A DNA stretch of 39,149 nt from Utricularia gibba (taxonomy: Eukaryota > Plantae > Magnoliophyta), in assembly GCA_002189035.1 (NCBI GenBank), contig NEEC01000077.1, positions 1-39,149 of the forward strand, given 5' to 3'. The first letter of the stretch is position 1. Each line of letters opens with the position of its first letter. Position numbers and translations under genes: made by a program. Shown piece after piece: positions 1 to 11,887 of the stretch. The notes beneath the pieces were generated by a model. The model ran no database searches. It worked only from the letters and a program-made list of their open reading frames with translations, and was not told the origin of the DNA.

Positions 1-363
1 CCTCGCGGAATCCTCCTTCAATCTTCCCCTGGCAATTTTCCCCAACAGATCTCCCCCCTTCACATACTCCATCACGAAGAACACCTTCCGCTTCGTCGCC
101 ATAACCTCCTTGATTTCAACGACGTTCGGGTGCCGGACGAGGCGCATAACTGAAATTTCCCGGCTGATTTGGTCGATTAACCCCTCTTTCTTGACATGAT
201 CCTTGCAGATGACTTTGATGGCGACGCTTTCGTTGGTCAGTAGATTCCGCCCGTAGTAGACCTTGGCGAAGGTTCCTTGTCCCAGAAGACGGCCCATCTC
301 GTACTTCCCAAAGAGTGTACTCCGGCAGGCGGCGCCGCCGGTAGCTTGAATGGGATCCTCCAT
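1..363 (-). CDS. CIPK: CBL-interacting Ser/Thr kinase (SnRK3/CIPK, CIPK5/16/25-like), 5' part; CDS runs off the left edge
   Basis: Reverse strand from ATG at 363 reads [121 protein letters not shown] (121 codons, no stop or intron). Has the GxGxxA loop, VAIK and [13 protein letters not shown] typical of CIPKs. Absent from the ORF track because it is open-ended. Confidence 0.93.
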   Translation of the reverse strand, partial: MEDPIQATGGAACRSTLFGKYEMGRLLGQGTFAKVYYGRNLLTNESVAIKVICKDHVKKEGLIDQISREISVMRLVRHPNVVEIKEVMATKRKVFFVMEYVKGGDLLGKIARGRLKEDSAR

Positions 364-2914
364 AAAAGCAGTGATTCAGAGAAGTTTGGAATTATCGGAG
401 AAGTCGTGAAATGGGTTTTAAAGGTACTCCGGCGTCTGCATTTCTGTGAGCGAGGAGCTGCAGTTTTGAAGCCTGTCGAATCGGTAGGTTTCTGTGTGTT
501 TCTCTCAAATGTGAAACCGCCCTGCCCCTCCCTCTCTCTCTTTATCGACATCGCTTTTTTTTTTTTTTGTTTCCTTTTCCCATTTATTAATTAAATATTC
601 GTATTACATGATTGGGCCATACCAAATTGGCATCGCAATAATGTGAATAAAATAATATTTGTTATCCTTCGGGGTAACAAAAGTGAATTTCATGTTATTA
701 AAGGACTGAAATGGGATTTTTTTCAAAATGCATAATAATATTAATATATAATATTGGAAAAAACAATTATATTATTAGATTTTATTTTGACATGGTGTTG
801 CTTCCCTTCAACTTCAAGTTATTCCGGAAGCATCCGGACGGAAATAGAAATAAAAACCGCCAGCAACAGAGAAACGACAACCAATTTTTCAGTATGTAAT
901 TATTCGCAATTTTGGATTAATTATTTAATTATAATATTCTAATATTAATAATAAATTATTAATATAATCAACGGACACCCTCATTGGGACAAAATTGGGG
1001 TGCCAGCTAACCCTAGAAAGAACATTGGATGGAGTACAGTTGCACGCAATTTGATTTGCCTGGTCCTTCCTAATGGGGCCTGAAATAGGTTTATTATTTT
1101 GTAAAAATCAATATGTATTAATATAATTATTGTTAATTAATTCATATACCATTTTAAATTATTAAATTTCCACACTATGACCAATCACAGCTTGTGTCCA
1201 AACAATATGAAAACCAAGACAAGGTTCAGGGTGTGAAGAGGGAGGGGTTATATATCACATACATAGCATCAATTATGAGATATGAGTGTAAAAAAAGAAG
1301 ATTAAATTCATATCACAATGAGTTGATAACATATTATCAACTGCAAAAAAAATTGAATAAATGAAAGATGATCAAATTTTATTATGTGAGAATAATGTAA
1401 AAGATGCCAGGAATCAATTTGTTATGCTATAGTCAAATGCAAGAAGATAGAGAAATTTTGGAATCATTTGGAAAAATAGTGTGGTAGAAGAAATGGATCA
1501 CAACCTCTACATAAGGAATATCATCAACAATCAAAAGGGTTATGAAATTTATATCATATGCTGTATTTTGAGTTATTTGAAATCGAAAAAATATCAAAGT
1601 TGAATATTTATTATCAAATTTATTGAAGAAACACAATTTATAAAACTATTAATGACTACAGACCAAAGTCATCACAATATTTAATTATTTAAACGGATAC
1701 AAATTGAAATTCGTTCATTGAATGATTTAAACAATTATATAAAATAAATATTATTTAAATGTTAGAGAAGGGAAGGAGTATTTATCAAGGGCGGTGATCC
1801 GCACCGTAAGCTTCTGTGTGGGGAAGGTTTGTGTCAAATGGGCCCACCTTTCTCGTGGGCTGGCCGCTTAAACAACGACGCATTAGTATAATAACATCCC
1901 TCAAAACCTTTAATCGTCATGTTATTCTTCAACTTCCAATTAACCTTGAAATCTTTTCGCTTCCATTTCCAATCAAAAACCTAAATTGTTCCGTTGACTC
2001 TTTGGTAATTTTACACAACCACGGGGGCTTCCTTCTTACAAGTTGGGGGTTCGGACAAGGACGCTGCATTCCGTGGCGGAGGCAGATCCTGCGCATGGTG
2101 TGGGTCTCGGGTAGCTTCTCGCCACAGGGAACTTTTCTTTTTTCTGCAATGGCGAGGCTCCCGTCACAAGGAAGAAGAGAAGAATCGTGATTTTTTGGGG
2201 GAGGGAGGGGCCCACCTGAACGAGTGGCCAAGATTGTGTTGTGTCCGATCCTGCGATCTGCAGTGTGTGGGTGTTTTCTTGACAAATATCGCACACACCT
2301 TCAAATTCAACTCAAACCAATGGTTCAGGTTTAACCTCTATTTTAGTGTAGCTTATTTAAAATTAAAATTAAAATTTTTTAGTTTTTAAAATGATATATT
2401 ATTCATATTTGATAAATAAAAAACTGTTTTTTGGAATTTTTTTTGAAAAGCAGAAGGTGTTCTGAAGGGTATAATTATGTACGAATCCGAATATTCTTTG
2501 ATATATCATTTTTAATTAATATTAGTTCTATTATATGATGAGGATGGTCGCAACAAATCCACCGTTGGATCCTGGGGCCCGCATTGTATCTTTATAACGA
2601 ACGATATGCGTACACGTGTAAAAGTTCACGGGGGGGATGAATGGGACACGGAGAGAGATGCCATTGCCGACGGGTGGGTGGAGACCCCCCACCGTGGCGT
2701 AATATTTAGAAAAAAAAACATTTTTTTTTTCAAATCAAAATCAATTGAGAGATGCCGAAAGCACCGGAATGGGGAAGAGGTCAAGGAGCCAATCGCGTTT
2801 CATGGAAACTCGTTGGAAGGTATTTTGAATGATCTGAGTCAGAGTTTTCTTTGCAGATTCATTCATACACGGCGTACCGTACGGTTGCAGAGCTCGCCAT
2901 GGGATTTCAACTGC

Positions 2915-5900
2915 TCAGCCCATGGATGATCCATCATCGTCATCATCATCGATTTCGTCTGGGACGTGCAATTTCTCAATGGCCGCCTGTGGAGGAGGTT
3001 CATTTCAACAAGCATGCGATAATGAGTTGACAGGGGAGGCCGTAAGTGAATTTAGGGCACCTTGATTGTAGCGACGTCGGCTGCCGACGGTTTAAGGTCT
3101 AGGGCGAGTCCGAAATGGAGCATGGCCTGGTCGAATATGTTTTGCCGCCGGTAAATGCTGCCCATTAGTGCATAAACGCTGCTCTCACAAGGGGCGCATT
3201 CTTTCAGCTCCTCAAGAACTGACAAAGCGCCGTCGAGATCGTCCATGCTCACAAGGATGTTGGCCTTTTGGTAGAGAGGGAGAGGGTTCTTTCTATCGGC
3301 CAGAACCGCTCTGTCCATCATTTCGAGGGCTTCACCATTTCTCTGTCAGGAGGAGAGGAATGAACAAACGATGATGTGGAAGGTGGTAGGTGCTCAATGG
3401 CAATGAAATAGACTGAACCTTGAGGGCGTGCAGTGCAATCCCAAGATAGGACATTATGACTGAGGAAAGGGAATTGATTTGGAACGCCATACGGAAGTGA
3501 TGCTCTGAGAATTCAAACTTTTCCTGTCTCAGGTATATCATTCCAAGCCCATACCAAGCATTGTAGTGTCTGGGGTCTATCCTCAGCGCACCCTGGTAGC
3601 ATTTGATGCCGTTTTCGTAATCCTCCAGGGCTACATATCTGCAAACAGAACATTTTCTCTGGAAATCAAAATATGCTGCATTAAACATGAGGATCAGAGA
3701 GAGTGAGCAAAAAAGGATTCCATACTCATGACCACAAAGAGTGTGGGCATATGCAAATCTTGAATTTAACTGCACGGCTCGATGGAAGTTCTTAAGAGCG
3801 GATTCATGGTCCTTCTGTAAGCTGTAACAGTTCCCCATGGCACACCTGTTACAAGACAATGGCTGAGGGGGAAGGCACATTCAGAGGGAATCATTTTGAA
3901 CACATGCAGTTGATGATTGGACGTTGGATTTTTTCAAGATATTGGAAGAAAACCATCAAGATTTGAAAAATGATGACAAAGTAAAATAAATCTGCAGTAA
4001 CATACCATGCTTGGGAGGCCAGTCGGTCGGTAGATACCAGCTCCTGAGCCAAGTAACTCAACTTCATAGATTCCTTCAAGTGCTAATTTCAAATACCGAT
4101 TTTAATATGAAGTTGAGATGCATAACAATACAATAGCACTAGTGGGGATGATTATGAAGGTTAAAAAACTCACATACAAAACAGTTGAATATATGTCCAT
4201 CCCCTCCAAAAAATATGGGTATGCAATGCGAGCAAGACTGAAGATACGATCGGCTTCATGATAATCAACCATCTCAAAGAATGCCTTACCAACCTATCTT
4301 GCAGCGACGCATGTATTGTGTCAGCCCGTGTTATACAGCACATTAGAATATGAATTATATCATGTATCAGGCATCTTTACAGGAAACGAAAAAGAAGGAA
4401 CCAGAAGGAGACAACGGACTCTACCTGAGAAAGAACCCATCCTGTGTTATAATGCTTCAGCGGCAGTTTAGAGAAGGTATCCAGAGCATCCTATCTCATC
4501 ACAAACTCAAATGAAAAGAATAAGCAATCAGATATTTATTTTTTCTTTTAAACACAGAAAACTACCTGGCATCGGCAAAGGCATGAAAGCCTAAAGCCTT
4601 CACCAATTAGTCTCAATAGCCAATATATCAGTTGCACCATCAAGGATTCTTGAGCTGCTGAGGCGAGCAGTTCCAGAAGGTCGTGCCACCCCTTCAGGTT
4701 CATTAGTCCTATTACTGCAGCAGGGAGATGAGCTTGAAGCAGTGATATTTAATCTAGAATCATCACTTTGATCACGGGTTCCTATAAGAAATAATAGAAA
4801 AATGAGTGCTCAGTAGCCAGTGGTGCATAAAAATATCCAAGGGGAAGCATATGATTGAGAGCTTCCATGATGGCTATGAGAAACTACAATTTCTGGTAGA
4901 GAAGAAATCCGACAACGAAAAAATACCTTCTTCTACACTTTCACATGTCCATGACTGTCCCTTCCGAGTAGTCAAGGAACGGGAAGTTATAGAACTAAAC
5001 TTAGAAGCTCCAATGTATTTAGAAGATGTCCCATTGCCTGAAAGCATGGATGAATTTGTAATAGCAGATTCTCCAGCAAGCCTTATGCTTCGCCGCTGCC
5101 CGGAATCAGAAAATAGCCTCTCAGATACCTAATTAATGTTCAAGAAATCTGTCAGAAGCCCTACACACAAGCGAATAAAATATAACGATCAAAAATTTAT
5201 TCAGCAAAGTCGACGAAGATAAATATCAAAACAAAGAACTAAAAGAAGATTATAAGGACACTATCAACTTACACTCATTATAAAAATCAAAGGAAAAACT
5301 GAAAGTTCAAAAGACCAAAAAATGCTGGAGTAAGTAAACCAGAAGAATGCTAATTCAATATCACATTCTTAAAAGCACAAATTTTCACCGGGTATATTAG
5401 AGAAAACAAAGTATTGGGAATAAAATCTAGCCTGCTGAAAACAAATAACTTTTAAAGTTTTAACCTTTCTTAATTTTCCTTCATCAACAAATTTTCTTCT
5501 AGGGCCTTGATTGCTAGAATTTGGCATTCGAGGGGAATTATCAGCCCCAAATACCCTACTACATTGACCATTCAGGTTTCCATTTCTGTATAGTGGTGGT
5601 GGGGCGACCCCAGAAACCTGCACAACACAATACATAAATCAGAAACTCGAGAATACACTAATAATGGACGTGCTGGAAGAGAAAGGCGGGAAGTGGCCAC
5701 CAGATGATGAACCATAATGAGTTTTAGATATGAAGCAACTTCCATCTACTTTATCATCCTCGTGAATAACTAAATTAAACTGCTTACGAAAGCAATATCA
5801 AAGTTGATACTATATAGAAAAATTCAGTAAAGAATTTCTTTTTCATTGGAAAAAAAAAAGACTAAAAGCAAAAAATATGATTTCAAGTTTAACTATCCCA

Positions 5901-7811
5901 ATTTCATGGTTACAACCGACAGAATAGACAGTTGCATGCAGCAAATCATCATACCTGTGCTTGACCAACCATAGGCGAAGGAGTGCTATACATTGGCACA
6001 CTAGAAGGGGCACCAGAAAAAGGCTGGCTTGAAGTTACTAATGGATACTTCCCAGATACATCACGTTGGTTATTTACGTTCATTTGGTTCAATTTCCCAG
6101 GACTAAAGTCTTCAGTACATATAACTGTGTTGGATGAAAATCCATGATCATCATTTGAGGTCTGCGAACTCTGGGAAGCCAATTCATGATTTGCATATCT
6201 TTTTTGAATGCTCAATGCAGAAGCTTCATCAAATACTGATGTCGCTTCTTCAGCAGAACCTAATATACAAAGCTCCTCATAAGCAGCCCATAGCAATGGA
6301 TCAAATGATAAGGCTTGACTGAAATGATAGATAGCGTTCTGCCTTCTGTCCGTATACCTGGAATCATGCTCATACCATATATAAATAGTCAATGCATTGA
6401 ACGAAGCTGCTATGAGAAACAACAAAATTGCTACTTCAAAACAAGTATCAAAGCATTCCTCTATGTAACATAATATGGATACAAACTGGAAAGCACTGAG
6501 ATCACTTCAAATTTCTTAATTATAACAATCTTGCTTAAAAAAAGTTTCAAGCACTTTTTGAGAGTGCTTAAACTCTGATTATGTTTAGAGAGCTCCAATT
6601 TCTACGAAAATAAAAATTATAGCATGTTAATAACCTATATACAAGCCCAAGAAGGTAGTGCCAGCAGCTCCATTTGGAACCTGAAAAGAGAAAACTAACT
6701 GAAGATGAGTTTATGTCAACAAATCTGGTTAGAAGCTGGTGTAATTCATATGAAAATTTAATCAAATTCCTCATAGAAATAAATAGACATTACAATATTG
6801 CACAGAATGAGGCTACCTCAGCAGAAGAATCATTTGGGGTAAGCGCTGCTTCTGCTTCGTTCAATAAATCCATCTGAAAGCATGAGAGAGCAAAAAAGTA
6901 CCGACATTGCGCCATTTTTGTTCCTTCAAATACAAATTTCAAACATTTCAAAATACTTTTGTGGAATCATAAAAATGGAAATCAAATAAGGTGGGTAGAA
7001 GCTTAAATAATAATGAAAATTGACTACACAAAGAGCATAACAAAGGTTAGCATACCCTTTAAAATGTGATAAGCGGAATATGCCTGATTGTTACGCAAGT
7101 AACAGGTGGCAAGAAGAAGCAAGTTACTCTGCACAAAAAGGTATAGAAGAAAAAAAAAGATAAGCGAAACTGATGATACATAAACAGGGAATGGCACCTG
7201 AAGATTCTGAACTATATCATAATACATGCCAAGTTTAAACCATCTCAAAGTTTATAACTACTGTAAATGTAAAAATCTATAAAATAAAAGAAAAGCGTGA
7301 GCTGGAACCCTAGGTGATTCCAATCTTGGCTCAAATAAAAAAAATAAGCTTTCCCAAAAAAGCTTTCATCTTACAGATTTTAAAAAGGCCAAAACATAAC
7401 CTTGAATGAGCAATGGCAGGTAAAGATAAAGGTAGCATGCAATAATTCTGTGAAGTATCAAATTACGAGCACCGGGAATATGAACCCAACCATTCTCCTA
7501 GGTGTACTTATTGCCGGAGGTAAATTTAACAAGACTTCATTAATTTGGCTCAGTCTTAGTTACATGCTCGAACCCCAAATTGTTGGAAGTTTAAGCGAGT
7601 GCTGAACTTCAGAATCAACTACCGGTAAAGAAAAAGATGCCCAAAGTTACAGTTCAACTCATTAAGCCAGTTTCGGAACAAATGTGCAACCACAACCATT
7701 ACTAACCTCGGAAGGAAACTCAGCACAAAGACGCTCGCACATGAAAATGGCATTTCGATACATTAGATGCTCCAGGCTGCTCCGAACGGAATCTACAAGT
7801 ATTGCCTCCAT
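2915..7811 (-). CDS. CDC27: Cell division cycle 27 / APC3 (HOBBIT/CDC27B-like TPR subunit of the APC/C), 15 exons, two apparent frameshifts
   Basis: GT-AG exons: 7811-7707, 7128-7056, 6923-6817, 6680-6635, 6357-5955, 5617-5465, 5128-4927, 4781-4566, 4490-4425, 4293-4174, 4082-4006, 3845-3726, 3638-3419, 3342-3061, 2986-2915. Peptides MEAILVDSVRSSLEHLMYRNAIFMCERLCAEFPSE, QGPRRKFVDEGKLRK, AWCAMGNCYSLQKDHESALKNF, DPRHYNAWYGLGMIYLRQEK, AAIEKLHVPDEI. Frame breaks at about 6661 and 4620. Confidence 0.96.
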
Positions 7812-8424
7812 GTTCACAGTGCATAAAAAACACGTGCTGGGCTTCCCGCAGCCAGTATCCACAAATATGAAAACACCCTCTTCGTATTAGGCGTAATGCA
7901 GTAGCAAAACGAAACAAGACGAGAAGGCAAAAGTGGTTCTTCCAATATCAAATTGCGAAGAAAAAAGATACGCCTGAATGAAGAACCGGCAAAGCAATCT
8001 AGCAACTAAGCACTACAAATCCTACAAGCAACTCCCAGAATCCCCAACAAAACCTAATCCGCACAAATTTTCAAAAGGGAATCTTGTCTCCATTTCCTCC
8101 CAACGGCACACAGACGCAATGTTATTCTCAAATACCTCTTATTTTTCCATGTTCCCGAAATTACATTTCGTCCTTCATTTTCTGAAACCTTCCACCTTTA
8201 CCCCATCAAATATTTAAAATTACGAATCCACCACTAAGTTTTTTTCAAACCCGCATTTCCGCAATTTATTTCGGATTCCGGTTTTTGAGTTCTGATTCTA
8301 AACTCGTTCACTTCATTTTTCTGAGCTTCTCATTCATCATATCTCCTCCCAGTTCAGATCATAAAAAGGGAAAACCAGTTTCCAATCCCTAGCAATTTGA
8401 ACACAAAAAGGCCAATTACACGAG

Positions 8425-8652
8425 TGGGCTGAACCAATTAACGGATTGGGATGGACCGCTAGGATTTTTGGGCCGGGCTGATTACATCCGTTGGGCTTGA
8501 GGATGAAGAGTGAATGGGCTGAGCCATGAATGATTTGTGTGCTGGTTTCATTAAAAGGGCTGGCCCATGAATAATTAGTGTACTGGGGTAGATGACTGAG
8601 TGGGCTGGGTCAGTAAGATGGGATGTGTTGGGCCAATTAGATGAGTTGGGCT
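8425..8652. promoter_or_regulatory. Cluster of eight site II motifs (TGGGCY) upstream of CDC27
   Basis: TGGGCT/TGGGCC at 8425, 8469, 8492, 8515, 8601, 8629, 8647 and reverse GGCCCA at 8562; about 600-840 bp upstream of the CDC27 ATG. Confidence 0.6.
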
Positions 8653-9595
8653 GGGTCACATTGAAGAGGGAAAGAGCGCTATGATAAGGCATGTTTTGAA
8701 ATATCGCTCCAAAATTAATTATCATAAAATAAAATTAATTCTACTGATTTTCAAAAGTTGATTTAGTATCTTGGTAATTCATTTTCATCTATCAATTTTC
8801 CATTTTTAATGTATTTGCTATCAAATACATCATATGCGTTTTTTATCCAATGAAAAATAATGCTATCAGATATACCATATTTGATCAATCATCTAGCAAT
8901 TACCCCAATCATCTAAATTTCAGATTTTACCCCAAAAATCAAAATTTAAAAATATTTTATTTCGGAAAAAAATCGAAATCCAAAATTTCCTAAAATCGCC
9001 CCTAGATTGGAGAATAGAAGCACACCGCTTTGATCCATAATTTTAATAATTGTTTTGTCGCACAACTTTATATTATATGCAATCATCCAACCTAACTCAT
9101 TGTCCTCTTAATCAATACCCATCTCCAAAGTCATGACGTGGGGTCGTCCGATAGTTCCTTTTTTTTTAATTATTTAAAACTAAATGTGGTTTAATTACAT
9201 TTGAATTTACCGATATGCCATCCCTCCATTACGTTTTCGGGTTGAATTTGACGTGCTACATTTAATGCTTTCCGCGTCTCGTATTCTCCTAAATCATACA
9301 TCCATACCCCACACTTGTATATCCAACTTTAATCACAGAAAATAATAAAGACACTTTATAAAATTATTATCTTTTTTATAAAAAAAGTTGTATGTCGGTT
9401 ACATTCCATTTTTTAAATTTCAGACCAACAAGAAACGACAATGTTATGCGGTTCATTTTGAACGTTGTCCAAACACACAGTACAAGTGAATTTGTTTCAT
9501 TACGAGATTTAAAATATAATCGAAAATTTTTAATAAAGATATGTATATGGGATAATTTTTTTTTTCGATGGCAATATTCATTCATTACTAAATCC

Positions 9596-9613
9596 TATAT
9601 ATATATATATATA
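9596..9613. repeat. (TA)9 microsatellite
   Basis: Direct reading of the sequence. Confidence 0.9.
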
Positions 9614-11392
9614 GGATTCATCTTCATATTACATGATAATTGATATCGTTATCCAATTTTTGTAGTTTTTACATTATTTCCTTTTAGAAAGAATGCTTTT
9701 ATACAAAATTTTGCTTCTATTCAATCCATCATTTATGTGGGATTGAAGTACTTCCACCCATCTTTGTATCGGGTCCCACCAATAACAAGAAGTTCATCGA
9801 ATTAATGAAGATGATTAGAGAAATCATTAACTGAAAATTTGAATATAATAATTATTAAGATTTTGCATTTTCATATCAACTACCATCCTAACCGTTTTCC
9901 ACTCCTTTTTCTCGATGTTCGTTGGCTTCTTCCACCGAAGCCTTTGTTGAGTAGGTGCAGACACAGTGCAAGAGAGCCGACAAACCAAGCGCGAGAGTCA
10001 AAAGGCGAATGGGAAATCCCATCAGCGCGATAGGGAGATCTCCGCTGCTCCCAAACCCCATGAACTGCTACTGCTTCGCTTCCTACGTCCTTCCAAGGGA
10101 ACATGAATTATTTTCCGGCACTATTTCCGAACAGCAACCGAGGCTTCAGTCACTGCGTCTCCGGTCTGTGGGATCCCAGAGGAGTTAATTGGAGCCTAGT
10201 TATTTATTACCTTCTGAAATGCGACACGGGGGCGGCAACACGGCGTCGGTGTCCATGTCCACGAGCAGTGAGTGACAGCAGCCGGAAGGGCCGCCACAGC
10301 GGCGGGTTCCGTTAGTGGACTAGTAGCCAGTAGCAGCGACATCCCGATCACCCCTCCGTTTTTAATATCTGAAAGCGCCGCTGCGCATACCGTGTCCGAC
10401 CGCATGGCTGACCGGCCCTTTTGCGCGTGTCCTGTGTCCAACGTGTGGGCCCCACTTGAAAATCTCTCTTTTTTTTTTATAAAAAAATAACATTATTTGA
10501 TAACAAAACTCCACTTATTATAAACAAAAAAAAATTAGTTTCCGATAAATGTAAAACATTAAATGGGCCAATTTATTTCTTTTTTGTTTTATATACGAAT
10601 ATTACAGTATTTTCAAACATTTTCTACAAAATATCCCTGATTATTTATTTTTTATTCATATGTAAATCACGTTATAAAATTTAAATGATATTATCTTACA
10701 TACTAATTACATAATCATATCTACTTAAGTCATCATATACATTAGTTATTCACGTTCATATTCATTAATAGTTCATAAGTTATATTTTTTTATAGTCGTT
10801 TAAATAATATTATTAAAAGATTTTTTGTTTTTTATTTGTCTGTGGGGGGTGCAATCAAATGAAACCTAGATGTGATTTTGTCTTAAATGTATAATATTTT
10901 CTATTAATATAAACGCGTTAAATTGACAGCTCATAAATGTGATTTTAACTTCGTTTTCCTGTTCCTAAAAAGCGATAGTTTAAATTGAAGTTTTGTATTT
11001 CCAATTTTTTTTTCTTGTAATTGAAAAATGCGAGAATTTCATGGAATACACAATTAAAAATATGAATTTCACGTCATCTTTTTGGATTTATGCAATTAAA
11101 TAAATTGATAAAAAACATTTAATTCGATATATTATAAAATCTGAAAGTAAATAAATAAATAAATAGGCGATTTAATGTGTGTGTTGTTGTGGCTTGTCGT
11201 TCTCGTGGAGAATCCCCTACCACCCCCACTCATTGATGGGGCTAATCCTTTTCAATAATTACTCTTCTGTAACTGCAAATCCTCCTCCTCCTGTACTTAT
11301 ACTGCACTTAGTTTCTAATCAGACCATCGCCAACTTCAAGCAAACAAAGCGACTGAGGAACCCAGCAGAGCTTCTTCTATTTATCCCCATTC

Positions 11393-11887
11393 ATGGAGGT
11401 GGAGCAGAGCAGCGATTCCCGCACCAACTCTCCCTCGTCTTGCATCAAGGCTTTGTTCATGGAACAGGAGCAGAATCAGGAGCTCCGGCTCTTCGGGATG
11501 GCGCCGCCGCCCAAGGAGTCTGAAAATAGGGTTTTCTCATGCAACTTCTGCAGCCGCAAGTTTTATAGCTCGCAAGCTCTCGGCGGCCATCAGAACGCCC
11601 ACAAGCGGGAGCGGAAGGTGGCGCAACGGGCGCATAGGTTTGAGAACGGAGCGGGCTTCCGCATCGAAGGGGCGCCCAACGGGTACCCCACATTTGCTTC
11701 CCTCCCTTTGCATGGTTCCTGCAGTGGAGCTTTCGGGGTCCAGATTCACTCCATGCTTCACAGGGCTGGGAAGCCGGACGTTGGCCGGAGCCCGACGCCC
11801 AAGTTCGGAGTCGGGCTGATGTTTTCCAATCCACACCGTCTGAAAAACGGGCAACAAGAAGAGCTAGATCTGTCCCTCAAACTCTGA
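11393..11887 (+). CDS. Single C2H2 zinc-finger transcriptional repressor (ZFP1-7/ZFP3-like, QALGGH type) with C-terminal EAR motif, 164 aa, intronless
   Basis: [27 protein letters not shown] finger; SLPLHG and GVQIHSMLH motifs; C-terminal LDLSLKL EAR motif. Confidence 0.95.
   Translation: MEVEQSSDSRTNSPSSCIKALFMEQEQNQELRLFGMAPPPKESENRVFSCNFCSRKFYSSQALGGHQNAHKRERKVAQRAHRFENGAGFRIEGAPNGYPTFASLPLHGSCSGAFGVQIHSMLHRAGKPDVGRSPTPKFGVGLMFSNPHRLKNGQQEELDLSLKL

Noticed and set aside
3695-3712. AGAGAGTGAGCA, part of miR156
   Set aside because: Only a 12-nt match, lying opposite a pyrimidine-rich CDC27 intron tract; no hairpin.
8438-8450. TTAACGGATTGGG shared with the RH35 promoter (29716-29728), containing an MSA-like AACGG core
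   Set aside because: Several exact 13-mer pairs are expected by chance in 39 kb, and there is only one AACGG per promoter.
11457-11857. Two antisense ORFs over the zinc-finger gene (also 27634-28023 over the serine-rich gene)
   Set aside because: Expected shadows of GC-rich coding sequence; no recognisable domains.
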